From positions 21,085 through 85,084 of the forward strand of contig JBARHQ010000020.1 of the NCBI GenBank assembly GCA_049799315.1: a stretch of 64,000 bases of DNA, given 5' to 3'. Positions 46,886-56,009 of this stretch are shown piece after piece. The first letter of the stretch is position 1. Each line of letters starts with the position of its first letter. Both the position numbers and the translations under genes were made by a program. This DNA is from Thermodesulfovibrionales bacterium (GTDB lineage: Bacteria > Nitrospirota > Thermodesulfovibrionia > Thermodesulfovibrionales > UBA6898). The notes beneath the pieces were generated by a model, which saw nothing but the letters and a program-made list of their open reading frames with translations, was not told the DNA's origin and ran no database searches.

Positions 46886-48115
46886 TTGTTTAATATCATA
46901 GCAATATTGATTACCTTGTCAGCGCTCTTCGGCTATATAAATCACCGTTATATTAAACTGCCCACAACAATAGGACTAATGCTTATATCCATTCTTATGT
47001 CCCTTGGTATGGTTATCCTGGGACATTTGGGAAACATAGGCTTCGGAATCGAAAAGAAATGGATTGAAATTGTTCTTACGATCGATTTTAATAAGGCCCT
47101 CATGGTCGGCATGCTCAGTTTTCTTCTGTTTGCGGGTGCGCTGCATGTCGACCTCAACGAATTGAGAAACCAGAAGTGGGAAGTGTTTGCATTTGCAACT
47201 TTGGGCGTCATTTTTTCAACCGTTCTCGTAGCCGGCATGACTTATCTTCTTTCCGGATATTTGGGGCTGGGCCTGAAATTCATTTATTGTCTTCTTTTCG
47301 GTGCGCTCATCTCTCCGACTGATCCCATCTCTGTGCTCTGGATGCTGAAAAAAACCGGGGCACCCAAGAGCTTGGAAGCTCTAATCGCAGGCGAGTCCCT
47401 CTTCAATGACGGAATAGGAGTTGTCGTATTCATTACCATATGGGAAGTAGCCTTTGGGATGCGTGATATTTCTTTCGGCAGCATCTCTCTGCTTTTTGCC
47501 GAACAGGTGGTAGGAGGGGTCCTCATAGGACTGGTAGCAGGGTGGGTCGCCTATGAACTCCTTAAGAGCATCGACAACTATCAGGTGGAGATACTGATCA
47601 CCCTCTCATTGGTAATGGGGGCATATTCGCTTGCCTCTGAAGTAGGATCTTCGGGGCCTATTGCCATTGTCGTTGCCGGTCTCTTAATTGGAAATCATGG
47701 TCGGCAATTTGCCATGTCCGCAAAAACCCGACAAAACCTCGATATGTTTTGGGAACTAATAGATGAGATCCTCAACTCTCTTCTGTTTGTGCTGATCGGC
47801 ATGGAACTCCTGATCGTCCAGCTTTCTGCAAAGTATATTCTTGCCGGGATGGTTGCCATTCTAATAGTCCTGCTCGCAAGGATTATTTCTATCGGAGTGC
47901 CCCAACTGATTTTTTCGATCCGGAAGAAATTCGACTATGCATCTCTGAAGATAATGACCTGGGGCGGATTGCGCGGCGGCATCGCCGTAGCACTCGCCCT
48001 TTCTCTGCCTGCAGGGGCGGAGAAGGACATCATCATGACGATGACTTATATTGCAGTGGTCTTTTCCATACTGGTCCAAGGATTAACAGTAAAGTATCTT
48101 GTCAGGGCACTATGA
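46886..48115 (+). CDS. cation:proton antiporter (CPA1 / NhaP type)
   Basis: Track ORF 46784-48115. TTG 46886 preferred (GGAGGA 5 nt upstream; LFNIIAILITLSALFGYINHRYIKLPTTIGLM...). Contains ISPTDPISV and ESLFNDGIGVV motifs. Confidence 0.8.
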   Translation: MFNIIAILITLSALFGYINHRYIKLPTTIGLMLISILMSLGMVILGHLGNIGFGIEKKWIEIVLTIDFNKALMVGMLSFLLFAGALHVDLNELRNQKWEVFAFATLGVIFSTVLVAGMTYLLSGYLGLGLKFIYCLLFGALISPTDPISVLWMLKKTGAPKSLEALIAGESLFNDGIGVVVFITIWEVAFGMRDISFGSISLLFAEQVVGGVLIGLVAGWVAYELLKSIDNYQVEILITLSLVMGAYSLASEVGSSGPIAIVVAGLLIGNHGRQFAMSAKTRQNLDMFWELIDEILNSLLFVLIGMELLIVQLSAKYILAGMVAILIVLLARIISIGVPQLIFSIRKKFDYASLKIMTWGGLRGGIAVALALSLPAGAEKDIIMTMTYIAVVFSILVQGLTVKYLVRAL

Positions 48116-48179
48116 CGGAGACAGGATGTCGTTGCAGGAAGACAAAATGTAATTCATAGGTATAATACATATATACACT

Positions 48180-49016
48180 ATGAGACTACTTAGACCGGCG
48201 AATTATCTAAACTTATTGTTACTTGCAATCTTTTGTGTGTGTGCCACATTCCAACCAGCAAGTGCCGAAACTCTTACAGCAAGCGGATGCTCGATAAGCA
48301 TGAAGGGTTATCTGACTGACCTTGCCAAAGAATATGAGCGGAGAACCGGCGTAAAAGTATTGCTTCATAGCAGCGGCACGCTTGGCGGCGTCGAGGATTT
48401 GAGAGCCGGTAAAGTCGACTTCGCCGCGTCGTGCAGATCCAGAACGGCAGGTGACCCTGAAAACATTGAGTTTATCCAGGTTGCCTGGGGTGCACTGGTA
48501 TTTATCACGCACAAGAGTAATAAAGTCAGCAATGTTTCTCTTGACCAAGTCAGAGCGATCTATGCGGGACAAATCACAAATTGGAAACAGCTCAACGGTG
48601 ACGATGCTCCGATCGAGATATTTATTGCAAAGGGTAAAATAGGCCTCAGCGGCGTTGAGAGTTCACTGAGAGAAATGGTTTTGAAGGGCAAAGAGCCTGT
48701 CCAGACCACTCATACGACGTCCTTGTCCTCATCTGGTTTCGTAGAGCAAACTGTTGAAAAAACTCCTGAGGGATTTGCCACAACCGGGTTCCCAAGTGCC
48801 GTAAAAAGAGCAGTCAAAATTTTAGGGGTCGATGGTGTTTATCCGTCAATCAAGACTATCAGGAATAACAGATATCCTTTGAAAAGACCTTTATTTCTCA
48901 TGGTTCCTCTGAAGCCAAAACCAGAGGTAAGAAAGTTCGTGGATTTTGTCTTGAGCAAGGAGGGTCAGATGTTTATCAGCTCAAGAGGAGTCATCTCACT
49001 CCTTGACCTGAAATAA
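48180..49016 (+). CDS. PstS-family phosphate-binding periplasmic protein (orphan, no pstCAB)
   Basis: 278 aa with signal peptide. PBP-like_2 features (SGTLGG..., YPLKRPLFLMV). Confidence 0.7.
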   Translation: MRLLRPANYLNLLLLAIFCVCATFQPASAETLTASGCSISMKGYLTDLAKEYERRTGVKVLLHSSGTLGGVEDLRAGKVDFAASCRSRTAGDPENIEFIQVAWGALVFITHKSNKVSNVSLDQVRAIYAGQITNWKQLNGDDAPIEIFIAKGKIGLSGVESSLREMVLKGKEPVQTTHTTSLSSSGFVEQTVEKTPEGFATTGFPSAVKRAVKILGVDGVYPSIKTIRNNRYPLKRPLFLMVPLKPKPEVRKFVDFVLSKEGQMFISSRGVISLLDLK

Positions 49017-49049
49017 GCCTAGTGGTTACAAAGCTGTGAATTATTGCTT

Positions 49050-50387
49050 TCAGTGTTTCTTGCCAATGATCTTCCCCACAATGCCTAAAAAGCTTTTTTC
49101 CCGTTTTTCATAAATAATGTCCGTCACATCCCCCATTTCCTGCCCGTGCTTTACAGTCAGTGATGATGATTTTGACATCGACAGGACCTGGCTCGGATAT
49201 ACACTCCTGTGGCCGGTCATAAGGAAACTGATAACACACGCAACGGCTGCATAAGGTGCGACAGCGGGTCCGAAAAGTTCAACTGCCATAATGCTTGCAG
49301 AGATAGGGGTATTAGCAGCCCCTGCCAGAAGGCTGACCATGCCGATAGCCGAGAATACCGCAATATCGAAGCCGGGCAAATGACCAATGAGATTCCCGGC
49401 CGTGGCGCCGACAAAAAAGATAGGAGTAATAATCCCCCCACTGCCGCCAAACCCGAGCGTTATGGATGTAAATAGCATCTTGAGAAATGATGAATACCAT
49501 GGGAGGGAATTGCCTTCAACAGAGGCTTTGATTGTCTCAAGACCTAAGCCGAGATATGAAGTAGAGAAGAAAAAAGTAAGAGCAATCATGACAAGACCTG
49601 CTACAATAGCCTTCCAATGTTCTTTTATGGGAATTTTGTTATTAAGTTTCTCAAGAAATTTTAGCATTTCAATGAATATCAACGAACAAACGCCAAAGAA
49701 AATCCCTGCAACACAGACTTTGAGGAAAAAAAGACTGCTAAAAGCAGCATTGAAGCTGAGAGACTGATGAAAATAGCTGATTCCAAGAGCAGACGACACT
49801 TGATATCCGATAACACCGGCAACAAAAGAGGGAAGAAGAACATCATAAAGTAATCCGCCGACAAAGAGGACCTCAACCCCGAAAATTGCTCCAGCAATGG
49901 GGGTACCAAAGACAGTTGCAAACCCGGCGCTGATACCACAGATAACCAGTTTCCTGCGGTCTCTCTTGCCGAATCTAAACAGATCAGCAAATCCTGAGCA
50001 GAGAGCTGCCCCGATCTGAGCCGCTGGCCCCTCTTTTCCTGCTGATCCACCACAGGATATGGTTACCACTGTAGCAAGGAGTTTGACCGGCACAACAGAG
50101 AGTTTGATCTTCCCGGAATTCCTGTGAACGGCTTCAATGATTTTTTCGGTGCCATGGCCACGAGCATCAGGAGCGAAATATTTTACCAATAAAGTGCTGG
50201 CCAGAAGACCAATCGGGACTAACAAATAATAGTAATGGAAAGCTGATACAAGCGCAATGCTTTTATGAAGCACAAGCAGAAAAACGGTAGTGGAGACCCC
50301 CACAATGCTCCCGACGCATACGGCAAGAAGAAGCCACTTTAGAATACTGATAAAAAGAACTGACTCCTCAACGATACGGCGTTTCAT
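49050..50387 (-). CDS. voltage-gated chloride channel family protein (ClC, no CBS domains)
   Basis: GGSAGKEGP, GTPIAGAIFGVEV and GGIITPIFFVGA selectivity-filter-type motifs. Confidence 0.9.
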   Translation of the reverse strand: MKRRIVEESVLFISILKWLLLAVCVGSIVGVSTTVFLLVLHKSIALVSAFHYYYLLVPIGLLASTLLVKYFAPDARGHGTEKIIEAVHRNSGKIKLSVVPVKLLATVVTISCGGSAGKEGPAAQIGAALCSGFADLFRFGKRDRRKLVICGISAGFATVFGTPIAGAIFGVEVLFVGGLLYDVLLPSFVAGVIGYQVSSALGISYFHQSLSFNAAFSSLFFLKVCVAGIFFGVCSLIFIEMLKFLEKLNNKIPIKEHWKAIVAGLVMIALTFFFSTSYLGLGLETIKASVEGNSLPWYSSFLKMLFTSITLGFGGSGGIITPIFFVGATAGNLIGHLPGFDIAVFSAIGMVSLLAGAANTPISASIMAVELFGPAVAPYAAVACVISFLMTGHRSVYPSQVLSMSKSSSLTVKHGQEMGDVTDIIYEKREKSFLGIVGKIIGKKH

Positions 50388-50468
50388 CAGTCGCTACCTA
50401 ACATTGTTTTGTTACGAAGTGATTATTATGAACATCTGATGGTGTGATCCGTTGTCCGCCACTGGGTA

Positions 50469-50894
50469 TCATTGTAGAAACAAGACCTTTAAGCCTTCGA
50501 TTCCTGCAGCGCGGCAGAGGTTAACATCAGTTGAAGAGAAGGCAATTGTGACCTCAAGTCCAGAAGTCTTAATGGCCAGCGCAGCAGATAAGTGCATTGC
50601 TGCCAGCCTGTTTAATCCATATTTTTTTATAAGCTGTCCCGAGTCGAGATCATTGAAGTCTACTACGGCAATGTTGGCCCAGTCGGTGGTAAAGGTTTCG
50701 TAGATTCTTTTATATGCTGCGGAAGACAAATCGCCCTTTTTGTGACGCTTGTCAAGTGCTGCTATCACCTCGCTATATGCAACCCTGCAGGTTGCAATCA
50801 CCTCGGCATTAGCTGCCCATTGGCGTACTACCGGAGTCTGTTCGTCTTCGACATATAACTTGATGAGGCTTGTTGTCCCCAGATAAAGGATCAC
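50469..50894 (-). CDS. vapC: PIN-domain protein, VapC-like toxin (acidic residues partly substituted)
   Basis: 141 aa. GTGA overlap with the antitoxin stop. (V)ILYLGTTSLIKLYVEDE... matches the LYLDTSALVKLY-type VapC family, but has G at the first Asp position. Confidence 0.75.
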   Translation of the reverse strand: MILYLGTTSLIKLYVEDEQTPVVRQWAANAEVIATCRVAYSEVIAALDKRHKKGDLSSAAYKRIYETFTTDWANIAVVDFNDLDSGQLIKKYGLNRLAAMHLSAALAIKTSGLEVTIAFSSTDVNLCRAAGIEGLKVLFLQ

Positions 50895-51151
50895 TGTCTC
50901 TCCTCTAATATAGTCCCGGATAAGGATTTACCCTTAATCCTTATACCTTCGCACCCTTTGGGTTTTCCTCCAGACCACTGCGCTCGTCCAGCTTTTACCA
51001 AGGATAATATGACGCGTCGCTCAAGAGATATCGGGATAATTACAGCTGCCTCTATGCCGTGATCTGTTACGATTATGCTTTCGCCCTCACGTACCTTGCC
51101 AATGTAACTGCTAAGCTTATTTTTCAGTTCACGTATGCCGACATGTTCCAT
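50891..51151 (-). CDS. Phd/YefM (prevent-host-death) family antitoxin
   Basis: MEHVGIRELKNKLSSYIGKVREGESIIVTDHGIEAAVIIPI... is a typical Phd/YefM N-terminus. Confidence 0.85.
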   Translation of the reverse strand: MEHVGIRELKNKLSSYIGKVREGESIIVTDHGIEAAVIIPISLERRVILSLVKAGRAQWSGGKPKGCEGIRIKGKSLSGTILEERQ

Positions 51152-51174
51152 TGAGACCTCTCCGCAATTTTATT

Positions 51175-51184
51175 GTAGCTACAT
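51175..51184. promoter_or_regulatory. 10-bp perfect palindrome TGTAGCTACA upstream of the TA pair (candidate operator)
   Basis: Lies 24 nt upstream of the antitoxin ATG. TA operons are usually autoregulated at such palindromes. Confidence 0.35.
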
Positions 51185-51381
51185 TATAATTTAATATGTT
51201 GCCTTATAGCAAATATATTATGGTATCATTTAAATTATGGTTAATGAGAACAGCTGCTGCAAATACGTTGCAGGGTAAAATTGGATGAAGAGCCACTATG
51301 CGAATCCGCCGTGATCTAGTATTTACTGAGCACGAACAAATAAGGGCGAATTTTAAATCTTAATCACATCAGGAGGAAAAT

Positions 51382-51954
51382 ATGAAGAGAGTCTTAGTTC
51401 TTATCGGAATTGCATTTGTCATGATTGCAGGATGTAGTCACAAAACAAGCAAGCCGGATATACAGGATAATATTGCGAGTAAGCAGGAACAGAAGCGCGA
51501 TACAGGTGACCAGAAAAAAACGGAAAAGATACCTACTGTGCCGGTTGACTCTATAGATTCCAAAAATAATGCTTCTGCAACGATGAGCGTCCAGGACAAC
51601 ATGTTCACTGACATTTTATTTGATTTCGACAAGTACGATATTAAGGAGCAATTCAAACCCACGCTACGCAAGGTGTCGGATTACTTGTCGAAACAGCCTG
51701 AAGCCAGGATATCCATTGAAGGCCATTGTGACGAACGTGGGACCAATGAATATAACCTTGCCCTTGGTGAGCGACGGGCAAAGGCAGTGAAGGAATACCT
51801 GGTAGCGATGGGTGTTGCCTCCAAGCGGACTGATACCATAAGTTATGGTGAGGAGCGGCCTCTTTGTAAAGAAAGTAATGAAGAATGTTGGGCAAAAAAT
51901 AGACGGGCACATTTTGTTGTTTTAGGTGCAGCGGGTGTGCAGCATAAAAAATGA
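51382..51954 (+). CDS. pal: peptidoglycan-associated lipoprotein (OmpA-C family)
   Basis: Lipobox MIAGCS. OmpA_C motifs ILFDFDKYDI...IEGHCDERGTNEYNLALGERRA...ISYGEERP. Confidence 0.85.
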   Translation: MKRVLVLIGIAFVMIAGCSHKTSKPDIQDNIASKQEQKRDTGDQKKTEKIPTVPVDSIDSKNNASATMSVQDNMFTDILFDFDKYDIKEQFKPTLRKVSDYLSKQPEARISIEGHCDERGTNEYNLALGERRAKAVKEYLVAMGVASKRTDTISYGEERPLCKESNEECWAKNRRAHFVVLGAAGVQHKK

Positions 51955-52304
51955 GTGGGACAAAGTATATACTGGTAATTGATCGGGATAAACTGGTCTG
52001 TAGAATCATTAAATTATTTCTGGAGAACACCGGAAAATATCGAGTCACATACTCCACAGATATTGCTAAAGGAATTAAGTCGAGAATGAGTAAAAGAGTT
52101 GAGCTGATTCTATTCGATGATCAGGTCCCACAGTTGGACGGATTAGACTTATCGGATCATGTGCGCAGCAATATGAGAAGACCGGTACCACTGTTACCTA
52201 CTGGAGCCGTGATCGACAGATCAAGACTGAAAATGCCGCATATAGAGCTTAATACGATCATTAATGGGACCATATTGAAAAGAATCGACCAATTGGTTCA
52301 GTAG
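51951..52304 (+). CDS. single-domain response-regulator receiver-like protein
   Basis: 117 aa. ATGA overlap with the pal stop. ILVIDRD... and ELILFDDQVPQLDG resemble REC acidic pocket / phospho-acceptor motifs. It is divergent. Confidence 0.5.
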   Translation: MSGTKYILVIDRDKLVCRIIKLFLENTGKYRVTYSTDIAKGIKSRMSKRVELILFDDQVPQLDGLDLSDHVRSNMRRPVPLLPTGAVIDRSRLKMPHIELNTIINGTILKRIDQLVQ

Positions 52305-52395
52305 TTACGCTATTGAAATAAAGAGACATTATGCCGTTCATGGACTTAACCATAGCTCAATAATGAAACAATTTGTCTTGAAAGGAGGTGATTGT

Positions 52396-52713
52396 ATGAG
52401 GATGATAACATCAATAGTTGCAGTCATGGTTCTAATCATGTTTGTCGGCGGTGCTTTTGCCGTCGGGCCCGGAAAGACTTTGGAATTTGAAGCCAAAGGC
52501 GCAGCAAAAGTCATATTTGATGGCAAGATCCATGCGGATAAAGGAAATAAGTGCAACGCATGCCACACGAAGATATTCCAGATGAAAAAAGGGACTGCAA
52601 AAATAACGATGGCGGATATTAACGCCGGGAAGTTCTGTGGAGAATGTCACAACGGTAAAACTGCATTCAAGGCAAGTGAGGCAGCAAACTGCGCTAAGTG
52701 TCACAAGAAATAA
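52396..52713 (+). CDS. tri-haem c-type cytochrome (c7 / c3 family)
   Basis: Start MRMITSIVAV... with AAAGGAGGTG upstream. Signal peptide. Three CxxCH motifs (CNACH, CGECH, CAKCH) in a mature protein of about 85 aa. Confidence 0.8.
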   Translation: MRMITSIVAVMVLIMFVGGAFAVGPGKTLEFEAKGAAKVIFDGKIHADKGNKCNACHTKIFQMKKGTAKITMADINAGKFCGECHNGKTAFKASEAANCAKCHKK

Positions 52714-52731
52714 TTGTCAGCTACTAACCTT

Positions 52732-52755
52732 GAGGCGGCCTGAAGAGGCCGCCTC
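52732..52755 (+). terminator. GC-rich hairpin terminator after the cytochrome gene
   Basis: gaggcggcc-tgaaga-ggccgcctc lies 19 nt after the stop. It is followed by an A/T-rich sequence but not a clean T-run. Confidence 0.55.
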
Positions 52756-52870
52756 ACATATATTCATTCAGAAAGAAGATGGATTTATTACTCCGGCCTA
52801 TAAAAACAAACTTGATGAATATCCAACTAATCATTATCTACTCATGAGGGTTTAGGCACTACTTACAGGT

Positions 52871-55120
52871 ATGGATACAGAGAGTCGGCATCGAAGAAAA
52901 ATCATAGGAAGTACTGTCAGCGTAGCCATTGGTACGATTTTGTTAACTGCTTCTCTCCTTCCAGAAATGTATGTCGGCAGATCTATACCTCTCAGAATAC
53001 TTATTGCCGCAATGGTAGCGTCGACCGTTTCTGGAATTGCTCTGGGGCTTGCTCTAATCATTCGCTCATTGCCGTTCGTTTTGGGATCAATACTTTTCGG
53101 CTCTGCCGCTGTAATTACTTTTTTTATCGCAAATAGTATCTCAGCCTTTGCCATAATGCCTCTCAGCTCTAATTGGCTACTGACTTTAGGGGCGAGCTTT
53201 ATCCTCAGCCTTGTAATTTTGTGTATTTTTGCTGGTCTTGGTGCTTTGGCTGGTTCTCGAAACAAAATAGTTATTTTTGCTGCTGTAATCTTTATGATTT
53301 TGTTGTTGGGATACGGTATAAGTCTCTTATTGCCAGATTACGGAAGACAAAAGGCCAATGTTGAGGACTTAGTTACGCCTAAAGACAAAGTTACGTTAAA
53401 AGCCCCATTCCCTGCTTCACCAGGGGCATACACTGTCAAGACTCTCTTCTACGGAAACGGCAAGGACAAGCACAGACCTGAGTATGGGGCGCAGACAAAC
53501 ATAATTACCAAACCGGTGAATGCATCACCATTTCTGCCGGAAGGATGGTCAGTAGCGCGCACAGCCTACTGGGGATTCGACCAGACCAGACTGCCCATTA
53601 ATGGCCGAGTATGGGTGCCCGAAGGGAAAGGACCTTTTCCACTGGTGCTGATAGTTCACGGCGCATACAAAATGACTGCACGTTCTGATACAGGTTTTGC
53701 CTATCTTGGTGAACTACTCGCGAGCCGCGGATACATTGTTGCATCAATCGATGAGAACTTTCTTAATTACGGATGGCACAGATATGGCGATTTTGAAGAC
53801 TCTGACATCGACGCACGTGGCTGGCTAGTTCTTCAGCATCTGCGCACATGGCAAAAGTGGAATGATATTGAAACAAACGTATTTTTTAAAAAGGTTGATA
53901 TGCACGATATTGCCTTAATTGGTCATTCACGAGGGGGTGAGGCGATAACTGCGGCAGCATCGTTTAACAGAATGGGGCGTTACCCGAGAAACGGCAGCAT
54001 AGCTTTGGGATTCAATTTCAATATACGGACACTGATAGTTTTCGCACCCAGTGATATATATCAATCTCCCTATGAACGGACCACTCCGGTATCAATGAAG
54101 GATATCAATTACCTACTTTTACTTGGCACTCAAGACAGACAAGTCCCGAGCATTCTTGGCAGCAGGGTTTATCAAAGAATAAAGTTTGCTGACAATGATG
54201 TGTCCTCCAGCAAGCAGTCAAAAGAGAAAAAAAATAGCTACGGCAATTTCATTAAAGCTGCGTTGTATATCCACCGTGCCAATCACAGTCAGTTCAATAC
54301 TTCCTGGGGAATTTACGACTTCCCCTGGCCTTATCGCTTTTTTTCTAATATTGCAGAGCAGCTCAGCGGTTACGATCAGCGTCGGGTTACAGAAATATAT
54401 GTCTCGTCATTCCTGGATGCAACTTTAAAAGGCGATAAAAGATATGTGCCGATCTTCCGCGATTACAGAGTCATTAAGGGCTGGCTTCCCAGAACGGCTT
54501 ATATCAGTCGATTTGAGGATTCATCCTTTCATCTAATCAGCAATTTCGATGAGGACATTGATCCGCAAACAACTACGGTATCCGGGGGGAAAATAATAGG
54601 CCGCAATCTTTCCCACTGGCATGAACAGGACATTGACTATCATTACTACCAGCCTTATGGTTCCCGCAGTAACAGGTTGGTTTCAGTGAGCTGGGAAGCA
54701 CAGACAGGAACTCAGCCCGTTCTTGAATTTGATCTTCCGGCATCACAGGTAACATCTTGGAATATTAAGCCTGAAGATAATCTCGTTTTTTCTATCGCTA
54801 CGCCTGATAGTCAGGCATCTTTTGATATAACTGTATCACTGACTGATACAGCAGGCAGAAGCTCTCAGCTCCCCCTGAGCAAATTTTATGATATCCATGC
54901 TCCGCTTCTTTCCAAGCTTACGAGAATGACACTATTTGAGAAACCCACGCCGGTGCAAATTTTGCAAACCCTCTCTATTCCTTTCACTCGGTTTCTGGAA
55001 ATGAATTCTGCAATTAAACTTAACAAATTAAGCAGGGTCAGCTTTATTTTTGATAAAAATCATTCAGGCACACTCTTGCTCGATGATATCGGCATTGATC
55101 AATCAGTTCCCGAATTGTAA
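52871..55120 (+). CDS. membrane-anchored alpha/beta-hydrolase-fold protein
   Basis: 749 aa. About 5 N-terminal TM segments (to about aa 165), then a soluble region with nucleophile elbow LIGHSRGGEA (GxSxG). No closer family recognised. Confidence 0.65.
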   Translation: MDTESRHRRKIIGSTVSVAIGTILLTASLLPEMYVGRSIPLRILIAAMVASTVSGIALGLALIIRSLPFVLGSILFGSAAVITFFIANSISAFAIMPLSSNWLLTLGASFILSLVILCIFAGLGALAGSRNKIVIFAAVIFMILLLGYGISLLLPDYGRQKANVEDLVTPKDKVTLKAPFPASPGAYTVKTLFYGNGKDKHRPEYGAQTNIITKPVNASPFLPEGWSVARTAYWGFDQTRLPINGRVWVPEGKGPFPLVLIVHGAYKMTARSDTGFAYLGELLASRGYIVASIDENFLNYGWHRYGDFEDSDIDARGWLVLQHLRTWQKWNDIETNVFFKKVDMHDIALIGHSRGGEAITAAASFNRMGRYPRNGSIALGFNFNIRTLIVFAPSDIYQSPYERTTPVSMKDINYLLLLGTQDRQVPSILGSRVYQRIKFADNDVSSSKQSKEKKNSYGNFIKAALYIHRANHSQFNTSWGIYDFPWPYRFFSNIAEQLSGYDQRRVTEIYVSSFLDATLKGDKRYVPIFRDYRVIKGWLPRTAYISRFEDSSFHLISNFDEDIDPQTTTVSGGKIIGRNLSHWHEQDIDYHYYQPYGSRSNRLVSVSWEAQTGTQPVLEFDLPASQVTSWNIKPEDNLVFSIATPDSQASFDITVSLTDTAGRSSQLPLSKFYDIHAPLLSKLTRMTLFEKPTPVQILQTLSIPFTRFLEMNSAIKLNKLSRVSFIFDKNHSGTLLLDDIGIDQSVPEL

Positions 55121-55174
55121 TACTTTATGAAAAAAGCCCCGCTTTATTATTTATACGAACACTTTTGTGCTGCC

Positions 55175-55564
55175 TCAATTGGCGTCGATGCTAAACTTCA
55201 TGGTGGCAGTCTTCCCGCCACGCACCGTCTTTATGGCTATGGTCCAAGATCCGGCCATAGAAATGTTCACCTTGGCCTGATAACTACCCCCCTTCAATGC
55301 CGCATCGGTCTTGTAGTCCTATGCCGGCATCCCCGACATTGCGGGCATTGAGTATTCAACTTTCACTCTGGCGTCGGTAACGGCTTTGCCGGTTGCGTCC
55401 TTGATTTCGATTGTGATATTATTGTCGCCCACAACGGGTGGGTTCTTGTCAATCGTAGCGACAATAGTATACTCACCGGCCTTTTTTGTTACCTCATAAT
55501 TCTTCGCGTACGCAATGCCTGCTATAAAAAGTAGCATCATTGTGACTACCATGGTCTTTTTCAT
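55175..55564 (-). pseudogene. FixH/YtkA-like secreted protein interrupted by an in-frame TAG
   Basis: MKKTMVVTMMLLFIAGIAYA signal (AGGAGAAG SD). ...VKVEYSMPAMSGMPA-TAG(55321-55319)-DYKTDAALKGGSYQAKVNISMAGSWTIAIKTVRGGKTATMKFSIDAN*. Both halves are in one frame and together look like one domain. Confidence 0.6.
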
Positions 55565-56009
55565 TCTTCTTCTCCTACATTTTTTGATCAAGCACACCCT
55601 GGCGCTTGTCTACATCTGGGACATTTGTTTCCTACAGTTTTAATTTATCATTTAACTTTGAACAAAATATGAATTAGATAATTCGGTATGTTGACATGGT
55701 AGGCGTCATCGTGGTGCTGAGGGCAAAAAGCACAACTGGCGAATAACGCGGTGAAGTTCACAGTCTCCAAGTCAATAGAGAGTGAATCATTCCTCCAGCA
55801 AAAGCCATGTTTGACAGCTGAATATTTATATGATAAGACTAAAGAATTAGTCGAGTAACTTGAACGGAGCAAGGAGGTGATGAGAAGCGGCCTTAAAGAT
55901 ATGAGTCATGTTAAATTATGAGCAGATAGTTATGTTTTACCGAAAGTAGTGCTGCGAGACTTAAGAACTGACTTTATAAATCCATCAAACAAAACAGGGA
56001 GGATGTACC

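Noticed and set aside
50388-50468. Possible fluoride (crcB-motif) riboswitch in front of the ClC channel gene.
   Set aside because: The 81-nt leader (minus strand) lacks the GGCGAUG..CUGAUGAUGCCU-type conserved cores as far as I can align by eye. The spacer is simply the vapC-ClC intergenic region.
55319-55321. In-frame TAG in the FixH-like gene as a pyrrolysine codon.
   Set aside because: There are no pyl genes or methylamine methyltransferase context in the window, and the family is not known to use Pyl. A nonsense mutation or sequencing error is far more likely.
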